Shown here: positions 11,001-24,500 of the stretch, piece by piece
How positions within the stretch are numbered: the stretch's first letter is position 1
Layout: each line of letters starts with the position of its first letter
Assembly (NCBI GenBank): GCA_020891255.1
Contig: BQFW01000013.1
Span: 2,046,001 to 2,110,000, forward strand
Reading direction: 5' to 3'
From: Entomortierella parvispora E1425
Lineage: Eukaryota; Fungi; Mortierellomycota
Length of the DNA stretch: 64,000 nt
The notes under the pieces: generated by a model
The model's input: the letters and a program-made list of their open reading frames with translations, nothing else
What the model was told of the DNA's origin: nothing
Databases searched by the model: none
Translations under genes and position numbers: made by a program

Positions 11001-13983
11001 CATCCAGTTCCTATCTGAATACGCTCAAGAGGACCTTGTCTTCAAAGAGCGACTCCATCAGATCATCCAGTTGTCCAAAGCAGATGAACAGGCAGGCCAA
11101 GCAGCAGCGAACGCCATCACGATTTTGGTTCGGGCAGGGGTACGATTCAATGGTGCAGATCTGAATGGTATCCGAATTCCAGGCGCTGACCTGAGTTATG
11201 GCGAACTCGACTCTGTCCAGCTTCAAGGAGCCGATCTAAGGAATACCACCCTTCGCAATATTTGGCTACGTCGAGCTGATCTGACCAATGCATGTTTAGA
11301 CAATGCCGAGTTTGGGGAACTGCCTTCTCTGCTGGAGCCTGACATTGTGAACTGTTGTGTATTCTCACCGGACGGGAGCACCTTTGCCACAGGCATTGAT
11401 GATGGTTCCATTAGTGTATACGACACTACTACCTGGAAGACGATCCACACATTTGAAGGGCACACCGAAGGTGTTTGGGGCGTTGTATACTCTCCTACCG
11501 GCCAACAGATCGCTTCTCGTAGTTGGGATCATACGGTGCGCCTGTGGGATATGCAGACTGGTTCACATGGTCCCATCTTAACCGGCCATACCGGCGAGAT
11601 TCTAGGAGTGGTCTATTCGCCTAGTGGCCGAGTTATCGCCTCGTGCAGCAGGGATGGCACTGCACGTTTGTGGGATGCAGAGTCCGGCTCTCCTGGCCCC
11701 GTCCTGCGTGGTCATATTCAACCCGTTACAGCTGTTGTCTTCTCTCCCAACGGCCAGAAGGTTGTCTCTTGTGGTTCAGACAACATGGTGCGCTTTTGGG
11801 ACGCTCAAACTGGTGCGCCTGGCCCTATCCTCAGTGGCCACACCAGTTACGTATGGCGCATAGCATTTTCTTCAGACGGTCGACAAATTGTCTCTTGTAG
11901 TGAGGACGGCGCAGTGCGTTTGTGGGATGCAGTTACGGGATCTCCTGGCCCCCTCTTGAATGGCCACACGGAATTGGTCTGGAGCGTTGTCTATTCTCCC
12001 AATGGTCGGCAAATTGCTTCGTGCAGTGATGACAACACGGTTCGCTTGTGGGATGCACAGACTGGCTCTCCTGGTTTTACCTTGATTGGCCACACAGACG
12101 CAGTGAGGTGCGTGGCATATTCCCCAAGCGGTCGACAGATTGCTACGGGTAGTGTCGACCACACTGTGCGCTTGTGGGACACAGAAACAGGTTCACCTGG
12201 GCCTGTCCTGTGCGGCCATTCTGGTATTGTGATGAGTGTGGTATATTCCCCCAGCGGCCAGCTCATCGCCTCTGGTGGTTTAGATGTCACGGTGCGCCTG
12301 TGGAGTGCTCAAACAGATTCTCCAGGCCCTGTATTGAATAGCCATACCAAGGCTGTTAGGAGCGTGGAGTATGCACCCAATGGTCACCAGATTGCCTCGT
12401 CCAGCGAAGACAAAACTATCCGGTTATGGGATGCAGAAACTGGCACGTCTGGCCCCGTATTGTGTGGTCACACTCAAATCATCACAGATGTTCAGTACTC
12501 TCCAAATGGGCGACAGCTTGTCACTTGCAGCGCGGACAAGACTATACGTCTGTGGGATTCTCAAACGGGAGCACCTGTTTCTTTATTGGGCGGCCACACA
12601 GGTTATGTCTGGTGCGCTGTGTTTTCTCCAAACGGTCTACAGATTGCTTCTTGTAGTCAGGATTCTACTGTGCGCTTGTGGGATCTGCAAGCAAGAACGC
12701 CTGGTCCTATCTTGAATGGCCACACTGGACCTGTTAGAAACATGGTGTATTCTCCTAGCGGTCGGCAAATCGCTTCTTGCAGCGATGACAAGACTGTTTA
12801 CTTGTGGGATGCACACGCCGGAGAGCCTTGTTTCACTCTAAACGGCCACACCGACGCCGTCTGTGACGTGAAGTATTCTCCTTCAGGCCAGCAACTCGTC
12901 TCTTGCAGCGCGGACAAAACTCTACGCTTGTGGGACCCGCAAACAGGATCTTCTGGTCCCACCTTGAGCGGTCATACCAGTACAATTCAGTGCGTTGTAT
13001 ACTCTCCTGATGGCCAGCAGTTGGCCTCCTGTAGTAATGATGGTTCGATACGCCTGTGGAATGCCAGCAACGGATCTCCAGGCAATGTACTACGGGGCCA
13101 TTCTGGCTGGGTGCTGTGTGCGGCATATTCGCCCGAAGGCCACCTGATTGCCTCTGGTGGCGGCGACCTGACTGCACGTTTGTGGGACCCCAAATCTGGA
13201 CAATGCCTGACTATTCTCGAAGATTTCCATCAGGTGGTTGCAAGCGTCGCTTGGAATCCACTAGCAAGCAGTTCGCATTTGGTCACGGGTTGCCGCGATG
13301 GCTCTGTCCGCCTCTGGCAAGTTCTTGCAGAGAAAGACGGTTACCAGGCGCGCCTACATGGACCCTCGAACCATGACCGACTTGTACTTTCGGATGTAAC
13401 CCTCAAGGATGTGAAGGGCTTGAGTTTGAAAAACAAAAATCTCTTTTTGCGATACGGGACTCGAAATCTTGAACTTCAGCGGGGCGATCAAGATTCACAA
13501 GACGATGACAGCTCAGAAGAACACTCTGTTCCTACAAAGATTTACGTGCATGTCGAGGATCCGGACGATGCCCATCAACTGTATGACATGGGGCTCTTGT
13601 TTGATGAAGGTGACGAGGACCTGGGTGTTTCCAAGGACGACTCACTTGCAGCAAAGTGGTATCTGAAGGCTGCCAAAAAAGGACATGCTTCTGCTCAGTT
13701 GTGTATAGGCACCATGTATGCAGATGGCCTGGGCGTTCCACAAGATGATTCTAAAGCTGTCGAGTGGCTTCTACAAGCTGCCAGTCAAGAAAATGCTGCG
13801 GCCCAGTACGCCATGGGCGTGATGTGTGCGGAGGGACGTGGTATTGAGCAAGACAGTTCTAAGGCCATCGAATGGTTTACAAAGGCCGCTAATCAAGGCA
13901 TTGATCTGGCCCAAAGTGCCTTGGACCTGATGAATGAAGAAAGCAAGAGTGATCTTCAGGATGAGCCTATGGCTACCCCATAA
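8045..13983 (+). CDS. NLR-like STAND protein: Arm-like helical N-terminus, NACHT, pentapeptide repeats, about 15 WD40 repeats, C-terminal SEL1 repeats
   Basis: The two ORFs join through a phase-0 intron at 9491-9579 (GTGAGA...TAAG). Walker A GDSGAGKS at about 9868 and Walker B ILICDGYDE; GADLNGIRIPGADLSYGELDSVQLQGADL pentapeptides; GH...VRLWD WD40 units at about 11340-13330; SEL1 motifs (AAKWYLKAAKKGHASAQ) at about 13570-13930. Confidence 0.9.
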
Positions 13984-14110
13984 CCTTCTTCTTATTGTAG
14001 TGACAGTCGATTTTGACATGAAAAATAAAGAAGGCAAAAAAAAAAAAAAAAGGCGCTGCAAGAATTATTATGATGGGTTGTTGGTTTTATTTTGCAATGG
14101 ATCCTGTAGT

Positions 14111-15457
14111 TTAGAAATCCAGCCACTTGTTGTAGTAGGTGCATCCTGCTGGATTAATGGGTCCGGTCTCTGTGCAAAACTCTACCACAGGACACACGCC
14201 ACAAGGGCATTCTTGCCAAGCTGACTCGGTCTTTCCGTCCCTTACGGCCTTGTACACCCAATCAGAGTTGGTCTCCATATCGTCCTCGCCCCAGTCGTCG
14301 TCCACCTGTGCCACAAAGCGTTCCACCTTGCCGTCGTAAACAAGGACGTCCAAGAGCATCGTGATATCCGTCACTGTCAGCTCAACCTGACTGATCTTCC
14401 TGTCCATGATGTGCTTGCGGACTGCGGTCGCGTTAGGATAAGAGCTGTATTCCTTGGTGTAAACAACACTTGGGTTCTTTGGAAATGACTAAGTAAAGAA
14501 AAGAAAGCAAAAATGGTTAGGGTGGGTGAGTCACTATGCATTTCAAAAATAAAGCAGCAAAAGAAAAAAAAAAAAAAAAAAAAACACCCTCCGCCGCGCC
14601 TCCGATTTGAAAGACTCACCTTCATCAAAATATAGTTGTAACACGACCGCGTCAAATGCTCCACGAATTCAACATCCAGTTCCTGATCCGTGAACCATGG
14701 ACCACCCGTGACCTCTTCTGAGGGCGTCAACTCCATGAGCATGTACAACTTTCGGGTAGGGAACTTGACCGACTTCACGCCCTTCACAAGCGCCTTTTGC
14801 TCCAAGACCTTCAAACATCTCTTGATCACAGTCTCGTGCAGGTTGGTCTTTGACTTCAAGTGCTTGGTCCAGATTCCCTCATTTCCTGATGCGCGAATGG
14901 TGCTGTAAACTACCTGCTCCTCTCCATTCAAATTGCCAGCCCTAGTTCAGGTGTTAAGTGGAGATCTGGTAAGTAACGTGGATCCCGGGCGGCAAGGTTC
15001 ATAGAAAAACAGACCAGTTGTCGGAGAAAAAAAAAGTCCATACTTTCCGACATCCTCCTTCTTGACGGCCTTGTAGATTAGTTCGTTCCTGACATGAAAA
15101 AGCTCCACCATGCCCTATGAGTGGTGTACGTTGTAGTCCACTATGTTAGTCTCGCTGAATTTCATCATTGCCTCGTTCTCCATTTGATAGTCCTGTCCAG
15201 TACCTTGGTCAACAATGAGTTTAGTGCCATCACAATCTGCTCCACTTTGGCGTCTGGGTGGATATTCATGTAGTCGCTGTATGTCAGTCCCTAAGGTACG
15301 CGTAAGACCAACAAAAGCAAAAAAGACCGTATTAGTTTGACATATTCACGATAACCATAGCACTTTCTACAGAATGCGATCCTTGGACCAGTCTCCTTGC
15401 CTTTGACTCTGCCTTGAGGCACTCTGCATACACCTGTTCCTCAGTTGTGTTGGACAT
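14111..15457 (-). CDS. RPC34: RNA polymerase III subunit C34/RPC6 (multi-exon)
   Basis: Exons encode EEQVVYSTIRASGNEGIWTKHLK...RKLYMLMELTPSEEVTGGPWFTDQELD and the C-terminal Cys cluster CPCGVCPVVEFC...INPAGCTYYNKWLDF. Putative ATG at 15457. Confidence 0.92.
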
Positions 15458-15739
15458 GGTGTATATATATGTGTGACCAGGGTAATGGTAATGTGCTTAT
15501 GGACGAATGGATGGCGAAAGTGATGTCTCTACAATGGCGCTTGGAAGGTTGAAAAGGGAGAGGGCTAATCCGTCCGGAGGTGCGCGAGATGCAAACAGTT
15601 GTTTGTAAGGAACAAAAGAAGGAGGAATGCCATGCACACAAAGCCGAGGCGAGGCACAGCTCAAAAAGAAAGAAAAAGTGGCTTCGTGTTTTGTTTGGGC
15701 AGTCACTATGTGAAGTTGGATTTGCCACCAATTTTTTAT

Positions 15740-18361
15740 TTAGTCGATCTTGACCGCGGCATATATTTTCCTGATAAACCAGTAACTGCTGATAAAGCCC
15801 GTTGTGCCAGTGAGCAGGCCGTAGACGATGCAGATCATAAGACTGTTGGAAAAGTAGATGAGTCCTGGCACAAAATGGTCGATCGAGAGTTGCTTTGTGA
15901 AGAACACCAACGTGTACAAGAAAATGTAGAACGCAGAGAACGATGAGGCAAAGAAACTCCTCCACCACCAATTGTAGTCCTAAAGGGAAAGTAAGTGCCC
16001 AGAAAAGGCGTGGTAAGTTTCAAACTGTAAAAGCGGGAACTGGGCGGCATCCTTAATTTTAGATCGGCACTCACCTCTCCGCACAGTTGGAAGTACACTA
16101 CAATAATAGAAATCTCCACACAAGTCACCAACAGTGTGACAAAGACCAAGCTCAAGAAGCCAAACATGTAGTAGAACTGGTCCTCCCAGACAGACTTCAG
16201 GATGAAAAAGAGCTCGATAAAGATAATTCCAAACGGCAAGAGGCCACTAAGGGTAATTCTTGTAACACAAAAAAAAAAAAAAAAAAAAAAATCAAAGTGT
16301 TAGCTAAGGATTAAGGTGTATCGGTGTCACAAGCGTTAAGACAGCACACTTACACATAACGAGGACGCAGATACCAAATAGGCTCTGGGATTTGTCTTGG
16401 GATCTGGTTTGTTCGTCCAGGATGCTCGATCACAGCCTTACGTTGGCCAAAGAAAGCTCCAACGAGGGTCAGAGGTAAGGAGATACCAAACCACATTACA
16501 ACCAACGCCAAGAATGTGCCGAATGGGATGGCGTTAGAAGAGTTCTTTGACCACACAAACAAGTTGACCAAGAAGACGATCGTCATCAAGAAACCAGGAA
16601 CAAGCGTCGCAGTCAAAATGGCATTCTTTGTCCAAGATGTGCCCTTGAAAACCTTGTAGAGGCGAGCCGAGTAGTATCCCGCAAATGCTCTGTAAGAGGT
16701 TCATCGATGGATTGCGTTAGAGCTTCCACTGTTGAAGACGGAATGCAGTGCGGCTTATCCATGAGTCTCAAATTCAACAGGACGTCAATTCCTACCCTGC
16801 AAATGCAAACAAAAAGAGTCCAAACGATACAAAGCCTCCTCTATACGATGGGTTCAAAACGCCAAGAACAGCAAAGACTACATCAAGGTTATGGTTAGAA
16901 AGTGTTGTCTGCATGGAATGAGTACGTCTGCATCCCTATCAAAACAACTAAAACAACTTACTAATTGTGGCCACTGCCATGACCAAAGTCTGTACTCCTG
17001 ATCCCAAAATGGCGCAAAGAATTGAAGAGTATCTGGGGGTTCTGAAAACATCCGCATGGATGAGCTTCCACCCAGCTCCGTCGTCCAAATCGTCCTTCAT
17101 GTCTTCTTCGCTGTAGATCGACATGTCCTTCTTGAGAGTCTTCAAGATAATGAGGGCCACCATGCCAGAGAGGAAGAGTACAGTCACCAGTGCATTCACA
17201 ATTGAATACCAATGAGTCTCGACGTCTGTGCTGACAAGGTAGGTGTTCCATCGATGGTTCCAAGTGAGTTCCTTGTCTTCGATCCATTGAACAGAGTAGG
17301 TGTACTTGATATCAACTTCCTTGTCCGACACTGACTGGAAAGTTCCGACCTTCAGAGGATCTTCAGGGCATGAATCCCCTTGGTCAATACTATATCCAAA
17401 ACGTAATTAATCATCGTGTTGAGAAAGTTCAAAGAAGCAATGTCCACGCCAAGGCTTACGAGTATGGGTTGACCTCAAATCCAACAATGGTCTTGCCACC
17501 TCCTTGTCCAGGCAGAGTATGGTAGAGGATCCGGATTGTGACATGGTTATGAATATGGCTCTTCTCCTATTGCAGCATGTAAAATAAATGGGTGAGACCA
17601 GGGCCCCTCATGAACAACCAGAGAGCAAGTGAGAAGTATATTCGCTCCCTACCCATTTCTCTTTGCCAAGAGGGAATCCTGCTCTGTAAGTACGCTCCTT
17701 GTTAGCCTGGCCATCAGCAAGGTTGTATCGTGTAGCTCCAGGAAGATTATCCACGATCCTATAACAGGAATAACATCACATCACATTATTAGCGACCGTC
17801 ATTCGCCAGATCAGGGGTCCATTGGTAGCTGTCCTTGGTCCTGTAGTACGTACCACTCGACGTTGTATTTGTTTGCAATAAAGTCGCGGGCCATGGCGGC
17901 GCCTTCTGCAGAGACGGACTTTGTACAGAGTGTCTCGCATGCAATATCCTTCCCGACCACCAACTGTAGCAAAGTTCCACAAAAGAGACAAAACGGTTAG
18001 CTGAGAGTCTTTTTTCTTTCTTGTCGCTTGCATCTCATTGCTGCAACGATGAGATGAAACTGGGTTTTTTTTTGTTTCTAACCTGGTAGTCCGACGTGGA
18101 GATGCGGTCGCCTCGGAGGACCTCGCCTAGGTTGAGCCATGCACGCTTAGCATCCTTGGGTTTGTCACAGACGAATGGCAAATCGGCGTATGCGTAAGGG
18201 AGTGGAGAGTTTTTGGAAGAGATTTTGTTGACAAAGAGAGGGACGCGGTCATTGTCGTAAAAGACATTTGGACTGAGACCAGGGATGTAGAAGGCCTGTG
18301 TGCCTGCAGCGAGTACAAGCAACAGCAAAGGTAGAAGCAGCAGCGGCGTGTGTGACACCAT
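15740..18361 (-). CDS. EMP70: Nonaspanin TM9SF / endomembrane protein 70 family (multi-exon)
   Basis: Signal peptide plus AFYIPG; [11 protein letters not shown]; HWYSIVN; [13 protein letters not shown]; [12 protein letters not shown]; multiple TM exons; ends ...AVKID-stop. The paralogue within TM9SF was not resolved. Confidence 0.9.
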
Positions 18362-18589
18362 CCTGCGTTATTTGGTATTTTGGTATTGGATTGTGAGGAT
18401 AAAGGTGAGGATGGTGTTGTGAGAGAAAGAGAGAAAAGAGAGAAAAGAAAGGGAGAGAGAGACAGAAAGCGAACAAGATGACCATGCATGAGACATGCCA
18501 TGATGCTGCCCCTTTTGTACAGGCACTAGTGGACATATATGTACCCCTTAACTCATCTCCTAAATTGCTGAGTTTATTCTTCATTAGGT

Positions 18590-21500
18590 CTAGATCGGCG
18601 CCTCGGGAATCCGACCCCGTGTGGCCGATGCCGATGACCCCTCCGCTAGGATCCAGTCAAAAGAACCCTCGTCCAGCGCCAAGAAGTTGCGCGCCACATA
18701 GTCGCGTCCATACGGGTCTTCAACCCCAAGCTGGCTCTGTTTACCTGGAACAACAGGTGCTGGCTTTTGTTTCTTCTCGCTCACGCCGTTCAACGGTGCA
18801 GCCGCAGCCGCAACCGGAACGCTTTCCACCACCCCAGCAGACGCATCATGCACTCCAGTGCCCTCCGCAGTAGGTCCCATCGATACTCCAGTGGCCTCTG
18901 CCGCTGCCCAGCCGAGGGTGCCTTCTTTCAGGGTATCGGCATTGGTCGGCATCGGAATGTCACCAAAGATGAAATCGTATCGACCTTCATCGACAGGTGG
19001 TGGCCGCCAAGCTGTGGTCGGGTCAGTCAGCCAGAGAAGCGGGTTCATCGACATATCTATGAATAAGCGGTTGGCCTTCTTGTAATACTCATCTTTCATC
19101 ATTGGGTCAGAGTGGCGACCGAGCTGTGTAAGAAAGTACGCCTTGACAAAGTTGATGCCTTCCAGTCTCGCAGAGAGTCCTTTGTATCCTCGAAACAGCT
19201 TCTCTGCTCCTTCCTTCTCGTGTCCAGGTTGAATGAAGCTATACATCGCATCTGCCCAGCAGATAAAGGTGTCTGCCAGAGTCTTGAACGGGTCTGTGGT
19301 AAGATAAGCGATAACAAAGCTAAGGACCTTTTCACTCTTCTGGCGCTGTGGATCTTCCTCCGTGGGCAGGGCTCTTTTGTTTGGATTTTCCATCATCTCG
19401 TACATAGACATGATTGTAAACATGCAGGCCAGTAGAGGGAACGGATGGGCTCCGACTCCTTGCTGTTCAATGTTCTCTGACAAAAGCTGCACGTAAATGC
19501 GCGACTTTTCGTAGTCGCCCAACTTTGCATAGTAGTAGGAAAGAATGCCATGGATGATCAAAAGATTCATCAAGCGCGCTTTCGGCATTATAAACTTCTC
19601 AATGAGCACCACCCAGCTTTCGGCATCTCGGAGTCTTTCTTGGAGGAGCAAATTGGCCAGTGTAGGGATAGCAAAGAGTGTCTCTCCTTCCGAGTCTCCA
19701 TTCTGAATTGCCACAGCAGAGAGCGTGCGCAAAAGCTGACAATCTTCAGGATGAACGTTGAATCCTCCTTCCCATGTCCTATAGGCGGATTTCATTGTCA
19801 CTGCTCGGTAGAATGTGGTCAAGTGGAATACGACGCCAAACGTCTTGCTCTCGTCGATGGCTGTATCCAGCAATTGATGGGCCTCTGCTTGACGACCTTC
19901 GCAGTATTCCACATAAGCATCCATGCATGGGAGCATGCCCTCAGATGTTTGTCCTGCGGCGTTCATTCTTCGAGCATCCTCCATGTACTTTGCACACTTG
20001 CGTTTCTTTCCTCGAAAATAAAGTAGCAATGCAATGCGGCCCAGAGACGCAGTCTGATCTCCAGAAGGAAGTCCAAGTATTCGGCAGTAATGCAATGTGT
20101 ATAAACAGGAGAGCATGGCAGCTTCGGGTTGCGTCCTCCAAAAGAAGATGTTCTGTAAGCAGGAAAAGACGCGGATGATTCTCTGTAGTCGAACCTGGGT
20201 CTTGCTGTCCACTTTAGCCTTAGGAGGTTTGCCTGGATTTCCACTGTGTACTGGAGTTGCCCCACGGAAGTAATTGAACAAAAACTTCCACTTCTGTTTC
20301 GTTATCTCGGACCTCCATTGCCAATGGGTCGAAGGCCAATGTATACCGTACTGCGTCAAACTTCCTAACAGTGCAGGCTCGGCTTCTTCTATCCGCATGC
20401 GCTTGGATAGAGATTCACCCTTCATACTGTAGATGTCTGCCAAGTCCTCCGGGCTCATAGACTCCCTTGCTCCAGGCACCGTATCCAGGATATCAATCAA
20501 GGCTGATAGGTTCTGGCTGGAATCTGTCAACATGTTGCTTTTAAGGTCGAACGCAGCAAGAGCCTTCAGGTACTTGATCTTCTTCGCGGTGTACTCCGTC
20601 TTCAGGTAGTGACGCGTGATCTGGGGCAAAAGATCTTGACCATTCATTGATTCTGCAGTGGAATCGCTGTCGTCTGGTGACCCCAAAAAGGACTCGTAAA
20701 ACTGACCCATCCGCAAATGATAGTTCACTCGCTCTTCATACGGGATCGAGTCGTATATATCCTGCGCTGTGGAGCCAGATCCAAAAGTATAGATTGTTTG
20801 GAGGACTGGATTATCGGAGAACTGAATATTCGCCTGCTGATCCGTGGCTAAGGACAAGAACCGGTAAGGATCCAGATCACTTATAATCGTGGCATATGAT
20901 CGACTTGGCTCAGGCGTCCCCAACAGGGTCTCCAGTGGTCGAATCGCGTTCACTTCAGCCAGAGAAAATTTCTCGCCAAGACAGCTTGCAATCTTGAGGA
21001 AGTCCTGGAATTTTGGTCGAACGCGGTCGTATTGCATCAATGTCATTTTTTTCCTGTCTTGTTTCATGAGCATTTCTTCCATGGTTTTGGACGATGGACT
21101 CGGCGTGGCATCTTGGCCGGTGGTTAAAAGTTCGCCATCCACAATATTGACATGGCAGAACTCTTTGAGAATGTTGGACATGTTCTTGACAAATTTTGGG
21201 TTGCCCTTGGTCCGCTCTTGCACCAGATCAATGACTTCCGGGCTAATTGAGGTAACGCCATTTGGTTTGAAAGATCGCAGCAAGGCAATTTCAATATCAC
21301 GGCGCTTAAGGCCTTCAAGGGATATCTCAAGGTGGCCCTTGTGATTGGTGATGCCCTGGAATCCTACACCCCTGCCATAGTCGCGTTGAGGTTTGGAAAA
21401 CAAGACAACAAGGACAGAGGGACAACGCTCATGAATGGCGCGGATAACGCCTAAAGACTTAACATCGCACCCTATTGAACGATAAAGCAAAAAACATACC

Positions 21501-24500
21501 CATGATGGTTAGGAATGGCTTAAAAAAAAAAACTGTTTTGAAAAAAAAAGTACTTACATTGAATATCTTCAAACATGAGGATAATCTTGACAAACTGGCT
21601 TGCGTAGTTGAGAATCTTGGTAATGAAGTCCGTCAAAATCTCGTCATCTGGTCCATCGATGATCGGTGTGGAGTTATCCGATGAGATTGTAGAGATGATG
21701 TCGTCCAAGACAGGCAGCATCATCAGATCGGCTATACCCATTTTTCTCAGACATATGTTGATAAAAGCCTGCAGTTTTGTCATGGACATGGACATGGAGA
21801 CTCGAGAAGATGGCTCTCCATATTGACTGAGTGTAGGACTTGCGGCCATGTCAACAGAGAATGCGCTAGATCGGCGACGATCAATTGCTTTAACTAGGGA
21901 ATCTGAAAATGATGCAGTTTGAGCAGAAGGATTGTTTCCTAGTCCTGTTCCCTGCTGGATACGATTGCTTGCATCCTTGTCTGGCGCATTGGCACTGTCG
22001 TCCGCAATAGAAGGCGCCACCTCCCGCGATACGAACTTGGAAGCATATGAGATCTGGTGCCTCCTCATGATGTCAAAGAGGCCAAGCAGCAAGAACTTGC
22101 ATTGATAGTACTCCGTGTTCTTTTCTACTTCTGCAGATGCAGCCGAGCAAATCTGATATCCAAGCGAGTCGGCCAAATGAATAATTTGTTGATAAAACAT
22201 GCTCTTGCCAGAACCTGTCGGTCCCGTTATCAAGATCGTGTTGTGGTCAGGAAGTGCCGCCCAAGCAGAGATGAAGGCTTGGACTCGTTCGCGCTCCGGC
22301 TCGTAACCGATGGTTTCGTCAACCATGACATCGTCCGGTCTCCGTGTTTGTTTCTTAGCTCCGAAATGGATCAGACGCCAAATCCGTAACGGATGCAGCT
22401 TTCCTTTCACATACTCGTCGCCCATATCTTCAAACTCGCACAGTCCGTCGTGTTCGGAAATACAAGCGACTCGAGTTGCATCATCGCAAACAATAGAGTC
22501 GATGGCGTACTCGAACTTCAGAATTCTGACTGCAATCACGATCGTGTCTCCGACAATAGCAGGATCCCGTCTGAATTCATTTCCAATCATGCTCGTAAAG
22601 ATGACGCCTGTCGCCAGCGAGATCTTAAAGCCCGTGATTCCAGATTCTAGGAAGCGTTGTCGAATCATCCATGCCGACTTTGCCGCAAAAACTGCTTCTT
22701 TTTCATGTGACCGAGGATAAGGGAGTCCAAACGCGCAAAGCAACGTCGCGCCTTTGTCATCAACCGCAAACTGTTGTATAAATCCTATTATAATATAAGT
22801 TTTGAACAGAATTATACCAATTCGCCCAGGTTAGGGGCGAATGTCTATGCTAAGAAATAAAAAAATCAGCTCTCAGAAAGAGTACCTACCTTCATAAGTC
22901 GATGTCACTTTGTGGACAACAAGGATGGCCTTTTGACAGTGAGCCAAGCCTTCCGGAGTCCAAGGTTTGACATCTCCAAGACTAATAAACAAGATGGTGG
23001 AATTTCTGAACTGCGCCGGGAAAGTGTTGTCTGGATACAAGATCAGGCGGTGAATTGCTGACTTGTTGATATATCTTCCAAAACAAGAGGTGAAAAAGGT
23101 AATGTACAGTGCTGTGAGCAACCTGCAAAAAAAAAAAAAAAAAAAAAAAAAAAACAAGTTGCGAACAGAATGCTTACTTGTAATATTGCGAGTTACTCTC
23201 AATGGGCGAGCTTAACAGTTTCTCGTTTCGAACTCGTCTCAACAGCGGTGTATCTGGCACTGTTGTTGTCTGAGCACTCCTGAGAATGAAGCAATTTCGG
23301 CGAGGCTCACTCCAAGGGTACGAGTCGGCATTAACATACTTCCACGCACTCTTTGTTATTGTTACCTCTCCAGCACGAGCCATATTCAAGGCGTCATCGA
23401 TAGTTGCCATTTGCTCTCCACAGATGGCATACTCTAATCGTCCAGTCTCTTGAATTAAAAGATTCTCAAGGCCCTCCTTGTGACCAGAATCTCCAATGAT
23501 AATGTTGACTATCAGAGGATATGAAGCGCTATTAGTTGTCTATCTGGAGTATGCGGTCTTTTCTTCAAAGGGATATCCACAAGATGGAATTCTGCTTACC
23601 AATATCGCCTGCTGATAACGCCATATGCAGCTGCAGATCGTGCGATTCTTCAGACGCTGCTGAATCTTCAGCCCCTTCACTTCCCTCAGCTACTCCGTTG
23701 GCCCCAATGGCCGCACCTGAAAATCCAGAACCTGCAAGAGGTCTGATATCACTTGGATTTCCATGTGTGAAGAGGGTTTTCGCGCTTGATAGAATAGTTG
23801 TAGCCCTATTTCTGGAAGAGGTAGATGCTGGCCGATTTGTAGACAACGAATTGACCGACTCTGTTCGTTTTCGGAAGCCGGCGACACCGCCAGGACCAAG
23901 GGACACCGGTACAGTTCCATTGCTTGCTGAGGCTGGATTAGAAAAGTTACTGGAGGCCACAGAAATAGTAGATCCTATCGCATATTCGGGAAGATTCATT
24001 ACAGGAACAGATCCCGGGGTAGTCTTGATGGAGATTCTGGTGCTCGCAGGTGAGTCTGGGACAGTGAGACTGAAGCGATGATAGCCACCAACGGCTGATC
24101 CCACGCGTGTACTCCCAGAATGCTGATCCATGGATTGTGCAGTAGAAGGAGTGACTGAGTTGTGCAAGAGACTGCTGCGCCTTGTACTGTTGTTTGCATC
24201 CGAAGATCGTCGCGATTGCGAAAGGGTAGAGAAGCCAAAGCCAGAAGAGCCAAAACCGACGTTCAAACTACCAATGCCTGTACTCGAAGTTGCCTGTGGA
24301 TGTAGGGTGTTGTTCACTTCTGAAGTCGTGTGTTCACCGTTTACGGTAAACGTAAATTCGCACGGACCTCCTACCTGTCCTCCATCCTCATTTGTGGCAC
24401 CAGAAGATGTTGCCATCGAGAGGTCATCAGCACTGAAGCCTTGCGCAGATAGTTTTCTAGAGAACTCTCTCTCAGAGAGGTATATCCTGTAGTTCGAAAG

